Below are positions 39,101-51,100 of a stretch of 64,000 nucleotides of DNA, in pieces. Below the pieces are notes generated by a model, which was not told the DNA's origin, did no database searches, and saw nothing but the letters and a program-made list of their open reading frames with translations. The stretch comes from Antedon mediterranea (lineage: Eukaryota > Animalia > Echinodermata): assembly GCF_964355755.1 (NCBI RefSeq), contig NC_092670.1, positions 38,304,388 through 38,368,387 on the forward strand, written 5' to 3'. Made by a program: the position numbers and the translations under genes. The first letter of the stretch is position 1; each line of letters begins with the position of its first letter.

Positions 39101-42100
39101 CGATGTGCACCTAGAACACCTCCAGAAAGATTTTGAACGCATTGAGTCGGATGCCTCTCATCCTCTCCACAAAGTGATCATAGACCAACTTAATCCAAGT
39201 GGTAGATTGAGGCTCCTCAGTGTGAAAACAAATCGATTTGCTAAATCCTTTATTCCCTCCGGTATCATCCAGTACAACAGGAAGTCAAGAAGATAATTTT
39301 ATCTTGTAATTTTTTAGATGTTTTTATATGAATGGTTTTATGCTATATTTGTTTTTATTGTGTTTTCTTTGTTTTTATGACGAGCAATGAATTTCCTTTT
39401 TGAGGATCAATAAAAGTTATCTTATCTTATCTTATCTTGTACTATGAGCTGTCGTAACGAATGAAAGATCAGTGTCGTAAGAGGTGGCTTCCACTAATCT
39501 TTTCCTGCTTCAGACCTATGGAGTTGTACGCTGCGTACGATTTCAAAGCATTGTAATTCTGTAGGGCTAAACAGGCCCTTAGTATACTTATAGTTTATTA
39601 CATAATCAAATTACATGTACTTTATTACATGTCATTGTGATACCAATCAATTAGTTTACGACATTATCAAATAGCTATTAGTTGTAGTTTATTTATTTAC
39701 TGTAGTTATTTACAAAGTTCCAGGGGTTATTCAAACTTTATTAGAGTGAAGAGGTCCTACTAAATATAAAGTCCTACCAAATGAACTTTGTCACAAAAAG
39801 GTATAATAGTTGATTAGCTTTGAAAATGGCCTGTATTGTACAACAAGGTAATAAGAAAAAAACCAAACAAAATCATTGAAGCAATTGTTGAAACATAGAT
39901 TCAACATTTTTCTAAAACAATTTTTATTAATTTTTTTTAATTTATCTATTTAGGCCAATTATTGCAAAGGCTAACCATAAGCGAATTCATCCACTATCCT
40001 TCTTAAAGATGGCAATCCTGTTCACAAGACGAACATACACACAAGATGCTCTACATAAACAAAGTCTTATTACTTTTGGAAGTGTAGTTGTACCTTGCTG
40101 TTTGAAAAAAATCCTGACATATGACAGGACTTGAACCTAGGACCCTTGGAATGGTGGTCAAGCATCATAACCACCAAGCCACAACTCCGCTGAAGTACTG
40201 TAGTAGTCATTTAAAATGGACCTGAAATGGAATTTCGATTTTCAAGAAATTCACACATGTTATTTAAATGTATCAAATTAACACAAACACATACAAATAA
40301 AAACAAAATGTATAGTATTTTGAGTAAAAACGAAATTTTAAGATACCATGGTAAATTAGCGAAAATTACTCACGCCATTGCAATATTCTATTTCAACGGC
40401 CGTCGGAAGCCTCTATATTCACGACGTCACATATACACACAATGATATCGAGAGCGTGTATGCCGCCCGATAGTCAGTGAATGATCGACGGCCTGGAAAG
40501 ATACGCGAAGCGTTAACACTAATACTAATTTATTCAATATCTAATGTTGTTGAAATATAGGTCCCTAAAATGTACTTCGTTTGTTCTAAAACCCGAATTT
40601 AGAAGGCCTACCTCCCAAACCTTTACTAGGCCTAGGCCCCCAATCCAGTGCGCGGAGTCGATCCACCACCCACATCATGCGGCGAGGCTCCGTTTCATGT
40701 GCATCCAAGGACCAAAGCGATATCAACAACTTGCTGCGCTCATTGTCAAGCCAAAGTAAAATATGAATAAAATTCGTTTTCGAACTGCCTGATTCTTGAC
40801 AAATAAATTATCATCTCATATTAGTTATTACTAATTTAATTCTGCTAAACTAAAAACTAAAGAAACTAACATATTTTAGCAGTATAAATTACGAACGATA
40901 CAAAATACACGAACAGAAAATATGGATACGCATCATTGCGCACGGAGCTGTATCCCGGACAACGTTGCCAGGCCAACTTCGGTATTGCCAGAAAAAAACC
41001 GTTGATTTTAAGATTTTAAATCGTCATTTACTCGATGAATAACCGTTTATACGGTAATAATTTTATCTAAAAAAATTCTAAATACGTTTCTGCAAATACA
41101 CAAGCATTTTTTAGAAAATACTCCATAGATTTCAAGAATTATAGCCAAAAAACTGCAAATTGTCCATTGGAGGGATAGGAATATATTCGCAAAGTGACGT
41201 CACCCGCGAATTTTTTTTATTTTCAAATGGGGCTTTCCCCAAAAGGGCCAATTTATATTTTGTAACAATATACATTCTAGCAACACCTAATAGCCCCCAA
41301 AACATCATTCTAAAATGAAAAAAATCGAAAATCCATTTCAGGTCCATTTTAACATCTTATTATCGAAATGCATCTTATCAAAATTGAGAGCCACATAAAA
41401 AGATGTCCTTTGTATGCAAGACCCTCAAACAATTTAAAAAACACTTTAAAATATCTAAAGTATGTTACAGATGTATAAAAACAATATAGGCCTACTATAT
41501 TTCCTATACCCCCAAGGAAACGCTTCTCCTGTTGTTAATAAAGGTCACCCATTGGGCCTTGTTCTTGTAAAATAGGGGAATACTTACCATCATTGAAAAG
41601 AAATGAAACAAAACTTGTCGACGCTCACTACTTTTTACACTACAGTATATGAGCATATGCTTATAAAAAAACACCTTAAAAACCTAAAGTTTCCGATTAC
41701 AAATTATGCGAAATTACGACCACAACCACCCCACGGCCAAGCCTAGCTTAGACCGCCGCTGAGAATCAACACCGCCCACTAAACCACAACAAAAGCAACT
41801 AAGCTCTACCACCACAACAGGTAGTCGTAAATAAATAAAGCACACTTACTTTGCATCTAAAGTACAAAAGTAGATGCAGTTACCTTTAATAGGTTAAGAA
41901 AATACCGATAAAACGTAATAACTAACGTTAACTAACATTAAAAATGTGTAAAACAACTAACTTGCAAAAGTAAAGACGATACCACTGTCAATCGGTAAAC
42001 TGAGTGTCAATAAACATCAACAAATTCTACCAACGATGAAGAATAGAGAAAACCTTACCGCGGTTACTATTTGAAAGGCGCCCTCAATAAGTGACGTGTA

Positions 42101-45100
42101 CAAATTATAAGAATTAACGTGCTAACTTTATGTTTAGTTGCTAAACATCTTTCTTATATCAAAATGATTCGGAAATAATTTTAAAAGATTTCATAAATAG
42201 GTCGATCCCGTCGAGCTATTTCCTTTTTATAAAATAACAACTCTTGCTAGACTTTAGGCATTACAGTTTGTTCCTTCTTGTGATTGATTCATAAATCATT
42301 TTTTTTTTATTTTTCAGTGATGCTAACTTCCATAACATAGCATTTGGCAATAATACTATGCTCATTTCATTATGCGTTCATTATTTACGCAGAAACTAAA
42401 ATATAGCTATTATATATCCTTTAATTTTTGTTAGGCCTAGAACTTTTTAAAGTAGTGTAGTAAAACTTGTGCGGACTCCCCTACTCTAGTCTTTTCACTT
42501 TTATTTTGCTAAAATGCATTAAAAACTAAAAAGGAAAATAAAGAAAACTTGCACATTGAAAAACAACATAAAACAAAAAATAACATAAATATAACTAATA
42601 AGACTAGTATTTAAGAAGCTGCCTTAATGAAAAAAAATACACTCATTTATTTATACAATATAACTACAAAAACAAAAATGTATCTAAAATTAAAAAATAA
42701 TGGTTGAAGTCTGATTTATGATATAACAAAGCAAAAAATGATTTCCTCTTTAAAATGAAATTGCATTAAGATGAATATAATTAATAAGTACAGTATTTCC
42801 AGCTCAGCTCAGTCTGGGTGCCATTTTTCATGGATACAATAAGTGTAAATTGTTGTTTCAATGTAACTAACATTTTTTAATTATTTTTCTTTTACATATT
42901 GCTGATATATATAATCAATGTTAGAACTGAAAGTGTTATTCAGTATAAATAAAAAAATAAAAATACTAATAAATATCAAACCTTATACTATATCTAACAT
43001 TCATAATCTACAATCTTGTTTATGCATTTACTGCTGCAAATATCAGATATCCAAGTACAAAATAAGATTACAAGTTTAAATGTTATTTATAGTTTTGAAA
43101 ATTCTACTTTTAAGTTTAATTTGAACTGTATATTTAAAGTTATATTGTACCTTATTTCTAGTCGTTCTCTGTAAACGGGAAAATGGCAACTTTATCGTCC
43201 TAAAAAAGTTAAGAGTGAATTTCACGCTAAGCTCTGCCTACTTTGTTAAAGCTCATGCATAATTTATTCATAAGCACCGTTCTGTGGCTTCTTGTCCTGT
43301 TTCGTAAAGTTCCAAATAACTAAGCTTAGGCGGCCCCATAAAGAATCATATAAGAGTACACACACACACAGATAGATGGATTTCTGATTGAATATACATG
43401 ATAAATTATATGAATAAATAATGGAACTAACACAAGTAGTGAGAATGAAAACTGACCTGTTCTTGTTGTGTCATAATATGAAGGCAGTGGGTCATTGAAC
43501 TGTACATCTCTTTAGAACTATACACTAGCTGCTGAACAAGTTGCTTGATCTCAACTGTTAGAGGAAAGTCTACGAGAGAAATGAGCAAATAAGTAAGGCC
43601 TAGCAAGAGAAGTAAGCAAGGAGCAAGGAAAAGGTATTACAGGGAAGTAAGGCTAAGCAGTGAGGTAAGAAAGATGTTAGTGTGGTGTAGGAGGGAAGTA
43701 GGTAGTAAGGCCTAGCAGTGAGGTAAGCAGTATTTAAATATGGAATAGCAGGGAAAATAGGAATATGAGGTGTGACATGAAAATAATTTTGTTAAAATAT
43801 AAAATGTGTATTATCAAGATACTGATTTATAGTGGCCCATCTCTTATGGTTTTGCTGTTGTTTTGTTTATGTCCTTCATTGTTAATTTCATTGCTATGTA
43901 TTGCTTTTGTTATTTGAGTGTTATTGTTCATATTCAATGCATTTGTTAGTATGGAAAACCTTCCATTAGTAAAAGCTATTTTGTTCGCTCCAAAAGAAAG
44001 AATGGAATATATTGTAAGGAGCAAAGTTAGTAGAAAGTGAAGAAATAAGTAGGAAAAGGAAAGTTGTGAAATAAGTAATATAGAGTAGAAATAAGCAAAT
44101 AAATATACATGGGAATAAAAAGACAGGGAAATTTAGAAATACTTACTACTCTGCTGTTTTAAATTACTCTTTAAACTATGTGATTTCTGCTGTGAAGCGG
44201 CAGCATTCTGCTGGTCTAAGAACTTCTGAAGCCCTTCAACTTGCTGCTCTAGTAAATTTTTATGTGCATTAGCGACCTTAAACAAATTGATAAGATCAGT
44301 TAATGCCCTCTTCGCAAAGTTTTAAAGAGAGAGTATGATTCAGACATGGTCAAAGTTCAGTGTCGCCTTGTCCAAAATGATTTACTCTCATTGCCTCAAT
44401 CTTCAGATGTGATGTTAAGCTGTAAAGCCCGTCTACACTATCAAACTAACAAATGTTATATGCCCATATATGGACACGATGATGTCATATCACTACTATA
44501 TTTGGAGATATTACTGCCATATTACTTTTTTGTCACAGAAATCTTGATAGTGTAGACAGAGCTTTAGTAATGTAAAAATGTAGGAAATTGTCTCAGTCCC
44601 ACAGACAGGTGTCTTTGACCTTTCTGGGACCTAACTGTTTCAGGTCTAAAGATGGTCGAGAATTTTCTAGTTCATTTTGAAGCGTTTAGATGTAGCAGAT
44701 GAATTGGTTTTTTAGGGAAAATCGTCATGACAACATAGACTAATACCCTCTTCACATCTGCAAAATGTAACAACTTGTAACCACATTTGCATAGTGTGAA
44801 GACATTTTTTTGATAAACACACTGATGAGAGGCCTGTTTTTTTCTTACAAAATGTCCCAAGTTTGTACAGCGCATGTGTGTTGCCCTGGAATTTAACTGA
44901 CCAATCACAGAACACTAATAATTAAATAGCACCCCCAACTATGCAAGCCTTGTGGTTTAGGATAGATGAAGTAACAAGATACAAAGAATTGTGGATAGTG
45001 CTATTATAATACAGATACCTGAAGTACATCTTGAATACACCCTAATGGCTTTAAGTCTTCTATATCCTCATCATCCATCGGCTCTGACTTTGTATAGTGG

Positions 45101-48100
45101 TTGCTGTATTCACAGTGTTCATACAATATATTTAACCATTTCTGAAAATATCAATTTCTGACACTATAAAGGAAATCACATCATAAATGATGTAAAAGCT
45201 CTGTCTACACTATCAACCTTTATGTGATCAAAAAATGTGATTTGCCCATATATGGACATGATGATATCACTACCATATTTGGGCACATAACACTTTTTGT
45301 CCAACTGTAGACAGAGCTTAAGTGTTGTTAATGACATAGCAATGATGTTCTTGACGATAGTGTTAATGACAATGGTAATGTTGTCAATACTTTTACAATG
45401 CCAACAATGAGATAATATTAATACGGCATTATAATTATGATGTTTGCCCTCACCTGGCGTGATATGAAGGCCGATTGCCCATCCTGGGCTACACTCCAAA
45501 TGTGACTAGACCTATCTGCATATTGCACAGCAAAGCTTGTTGAATCATCTTTATTAATCTATCAAAAAACAATATTCATATATAAAGCCTTGTCTACACT
45601 ATCAAACTTTATGTGATGTGCCCATATATGGACATGATGATGTCATATCACTACCATATTTGGGCACATCACACTTCTTTGTCAAACTAGTTTGATAGTG
45701 TAGACAGACCTTAAAGGTATCTTTATTTTTAAAATACATAAAAATACAAGATTACTATTGCAAAAAAAAATTGTTGAATTGCAGAAATAATTTTCAAATA
45801 TCAAGCTAGACTTTTAAAAAAAACATCAGCATCAAGAGGTTATAATTTACAGAAAAGTAGAAAAAATAAAATAATATTCTCCAATAAAAAGATCAACATA
45901 TTTACTTAATGTCAACTAAGAACCAAATATCATAATGATTATAAAGAACTACCTTAAATTTAGCTTGGTTTAAGTACTTGAAACCTTGTCTTTTTACACC
46001 AGACACAGCATCAGCTCTTTACAAAAGAAAGAAGTACTATAAGTAATAAACTGTTTACATCTGCAAAATGTAACAACTTGTAACCAGGTCTGCATAGTGT
46101 GAATACAATTTTGTGGAAAATCTCTGTGAAGACACACTGATGAGAGGCCCGAGTTCTTACTGTGTGTGTGAATTGCCCTGGAATTAAACTGACCAATGAT
46201 AGTAATCACTTTCCGTCCAAGATTTCACAAGGTTCGTGTATGCGTGTATGAAAACGTGTAATAAATCGGGAGATCAAACCTGGTTACAAGTTGTTACAAG
46301 TTGTAAACATTTATGCAGATGTCGAACGGGTATAAGTATGTTTACAGGTACATTTTCTTTTATATTGTTATATATTATTTATAATCTCCTATAATTGATT
46401 GAATAGTACTTTTTGAGAGTGAATTATTTAATAATTAATAACTGACCTTCTTTTGAAATAACTGATAACTCCCTTATCAACAACAACCCAGTGTGATTTC
46501 AAACCACCAATCCACCGTGACTTCTATGAAAACAAATTGTAAACATTGACCACAAAGTAAAAAAAAATGAACAAGAAAATAATTATAATTGAGCACTTTG
46601 TGGATATGTCTGCTTTAGAAATCTTATTATCTTATCTTATAATTTACCTCCGCCAAGGAGGTATATGTAATCGATCGCGTGGGTTTGTTTGTCTGTGTGT
46701 TTGTTTATTAGCAGGATTACTCAAAAAGTAATTACAAGATCTTTACCAAAATGAATATACGGATAGATATGTGGTCAAGGACCATTCCATTAAATTTTGG
46801 GACCATTTGGGACCATGGTCCCAATTCTGGACCACTTTTTTAGTATACTATTCAGACCTGCTAGCTACCTGCTACTTGTCCAAAAAACTTAATTTTTGTA
46901 CAAGAGGCAAGAGTTTTATAACTTGTGATTTGTATATTTAAAACATAATTCGATTTAATGTGCACGTTTTTTGATGCGAGTAGTTTTAAAAAAATATTTC
47001 TTTTCAAATACACTCGTTTGATTTTCGCGTTGCTGTTCTATTGTTAGTCAACTGAAGCTATTGTTAATTGAAAAGCTTGTTACATAGCCATTACACCAAA
47101 CTCGCATACACATGCTTGTAGTGAAATTAGCCTAAATCACAAACAGCATTAAGACACACACAAATATATATATATATATTTCTTTTTTACCGGAGAAATC
47201 TTATGTAGGAGAATTTCACAGTAGGCGGAAGTATGCACACATGTCCATGACAATTGTGTCAGACGATTTCTGGTACTTTATCTAAATGGTTCCAGTATCA
47301 TCTATTATACAGGACACATGTGCCACCTGTTAACTTACTTTTCCATGATACAGGACACATGTGCCACCTGTTAACCTACTTTTCCATGATACAGGCACCA
47401 CATATGACCATAGGCTAACTCCACCCTTACATGATACAGGCACTACATGTGATACACATAAGATGCTGTATTATGGAAGTTGCCTATGATACTAGATAAA
47501 CATTAAGGAAAAAAGTATTGAAAGCAACAAAATGTACCTTGTATAATTGCCCTTCAAACATATCCACACTTTTCTGAATTGTCTGGAATCAATACAAATA
47601 TAATATAGAAATGTTATATATAATTTATAATGACAATACTTAGCAGCAAATGATAACAATAAATGGTATATATAAATTGCATTATTATAATAATATAATA
47701 TTTTGCAATATATTGCAAGGTTAAGTCAACATAATTATTGTATTATGCAAAATCATTGGACCATGACCAACGTTTGAATATTTTAATATGAAAAGGCTTA
47801 TGTAACAATTTCGGTAAAAATTATATGTCTCATACATTTATTTATTTTAATATTAACAGTGGCATTTAAACAAATTACTGTATAGATTCAATGCGAGTAC
47901 CAATGCAGAGCGAGATAAATCCATTTGATTCAAATTGTTTCTTAATTTTAGTTTATTATTTAATTTAGTTTTAATCAAATGTACAGTAAGCATACAGAAA
48001 TTAATCAAAGGAAGCACTGCAAGAGTGTTAACTAGAACTAACATAATATAAAGCTTTGTCTACACTATCAAACTAGTTTGACAAAAAAAGTGTGATGTGC

Positions 48101-51100
48101 CCAAATATGGTAGTTATGTATCCAAATATGGTAGTGATATGACATCATCATGTCCATATATGGGCACATCACATTTTTTAAAGTATAGTACTGTATAAAT
48201 AAAGCTATAGTCGAATATTAACAAAAGCATAAAGATCAGAACTACCTGTAGGCCTATACCTTTGGTAATATTGTTCAAAATAGACAATAAAAAATACCTT
48301 AACAGGTTTCACATCAAGTAGCTGTTTCATCTTTGTCGTCTGTGCCAGATCGAGAGCAGTCTGCCCTCGGGTGTTCTTCATATTGCAGTCTATACCGCAC
48401 TGTAACAGCAACACGGCCGCTTCTTTGTGATCTCGATAACTAGCGCAGTGTAAGGGAGTATTCCCGTTAGCGTCTGAACAATTTATGTTAGGTGGGTTGC
48501 CACTTAACACCTATTATTATATAGACACAAAAAAAACATTTTTATTAGCATGAAAGAATTCCTAGATAATCTCTTCTTGACCTCACTAAAGTTCCCTATT
48601 TATACATGAATAACTTTAAGCTTTGATATCAGTTAACCTTTGACCTTAACTGTAAAGGAAGCAATCATGCATATCCGGAATAATTAAAAGAGATTAAACA
48701 GTGAAATTTATGTTAAAGGTAAACAGTGAAATTATACAAATGATATATACAACTCTCTTAAAATTAGGCTGAAACTATTTAAAAAAAGTACTCTCATAAA
48801 ACCAAAATTGAAACTTGTTTGCAGTGGCTGTATTCACAATTCACACTAAAGCGCTGTCTACACTATCAAACTAGTTTGACAAAAAAAGTGTGATGTGCCC
48901 AAATATGGTAGTGACATGCCCAAATACGGTAGTGATATGACATCATCATGTCCATATATGGGCATATCACATTTTTTTGTCAAACTACTTTGATAGTGTG
49001 ACAGAGCTTTAGGGATCATGTCAATGGAATGTCATGACATCCTAAATTTTGCGAAGAAAGCAGTTTACTTACAAGCTGTTTCAGGCTTTCGACGTCACCC
49101 TCCCTAGCAGCTGCTAATAGCGTTTTCTCGGTCTTAAGCTTAAAAGATTGTTGTGCAGCTGAAAAGGAAAAATACAAGTCAGTGGTACTAATGTCGAAAA
49201 TAAACAATTATAAATACCAGAATATGCACTGATTAATTTTAGAAAAACGTAAAACAAACCTGAGATTGAGAATTTAATGCTAACATGATAATTTTCACAT
49301 TCATTATTATATTTAAACGAAAAACCATTTGACCATGACCAATGTTCATACATTTTAATACGAAAAGGCTTATGTTACAATTTCAGTTAAAATTATATTC
49401 GTCTCATACATTTTCCCCATTAAAAAAATGTTTTCGAATTTTTTTTTAATATGCCATTTTAATGTCACATAATAGTTATTCACTTTGACCAAAAACTGTA
49501 TAAAAAAAAACCAAATTATTTACCTGAAAAAATGTAATTTGGTTTTTGGTTCAAATTAAACGTTTCTTTTGTCTTTTATATAAGTGAAATAATTATTTTT
49601 ACAGAAGTGAATAACTTTATTAAAACTGCAAATTGGCCTATTTAAAGTCTGATTTTGTTAATCTTCATTTTCATGTTTTTGGGGGACAATCTCATTATAT
49701 TACTCATGGTGGTGGAACACTTACCATCTAACATGTTGACAATATCCTCCCCATATCCTACATCTCTGGCTGTTAGTCCTTCCCCGTTTACAATACTCAC
49801 ATCTGCACCATGTTGAATTAGTAGAAGAACAACCTCCTGTATATTCCAACAATATAAATCAATTATTTACATCAGAAATCATCAATCTATGAGATATTAC
49901 AATCTTTTTCTACATCAATTTCTAAAAGAAATTAATGAAGTATCTTTCGAGCAAGTATTCAATAGAAAAATAAATAAAAAATAATCAATCAATGAATCAC
50001 ACTCACTCAAAACTAAATAAAACATTTTAACTATAATAGTCATGGTGAATATGTATTTAATATATATAACCTAAAGTAGAGGCGGATCTAGGATTTATTA
50101 AATATTAATATAAATTAATAATATTAATATCAAGCCTGTAAAAAATAGAATAAAAAAGTAATAATGATATATTGCTCACTGGCAAAATAGTTGGAAGTGC
50201 GCACACCTAGCTCTACCTCTGGTTCCACCCCTAGGTCTACCTCTGGTTCCACCCCTAGGTCTACCTCTGGTTCCACGCCTAGGTCTACCTCTGGTTCCAC
50301 CCCTAGGTCTGCCTCTGGTTCCACCCCTAGCTCTACCTCTGGTTCCACGCCTAGGTCTACCTCTGGTTCCACGCCTAGGTCTACCTCTGGTTCCACCCCT
50401 AGGTCTGCCTCTGGTTCCACCCCTAGGTCTGCCTCTGGTTCCACCCCTAGGTCTGCCTCTGGTTCCACCCCTAGGTCTGCCTCTGGTTCCACGCCTAGGT
50501 CTGCCTCTGGTTCCACGCCTAGGTCTGCCTCTGGTTCCACGCCTAGGTCTGCCTCTGGTTCCACGCCTAGGTCTACCTCTGGTTCCACCCCTAGGTCTAC
50601 CTCTGGTTCCACGCCTAGGTCTGCCTCTGGTTCCACGCCTAGGTCTGCCTCTGGTTCCACCCCTAGGTCTGCCTCTGGTTCCACGCCTAGGTCTGCCTCT
50701 GGTTCCACGCCTAGCTCTGCCTCTGGTTCCACGCCTAGGTCTACCTCTGGTTTCACCCCTAGGTCTACCTCTGGTTCCACCCCTAGGTCTACCTCTGGTT
50801 CCACGCCTAGGTCTACCTCTGGTTCCACCCCTAGGTCTACCTCTGGTTCCACGCCTAGGTCTACCTCTGGTTCCACCCCTAGGTCTGCCTCTGGTTCCAC
50901 CCCTAGCTCTGCCTCTGGTTCCACGCCTAGGTCTACCTCTGGTTCCACGCCTAGGTCTACCTCTGGTTCCACGCCTAGGTCTACCTCTGGTTCCACGCCT
51001 AGGTCTACCTCTGGTTCCACGCCTAGGTCTGCCTCTGGTTCCACCCCTAGGTCTGCCTCTGGTTCCACGCCTAGGTCTACCTCTGGTTCCACGCCTAGGT

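Noticed and set aside
41850-41856. 7-nt ag|ATGCAAA|gt coding microexon in OSBPL1A
   Set aside because: It would shift the frame between two phase-0 exons; more plausibly part of a 5' UTR exon.
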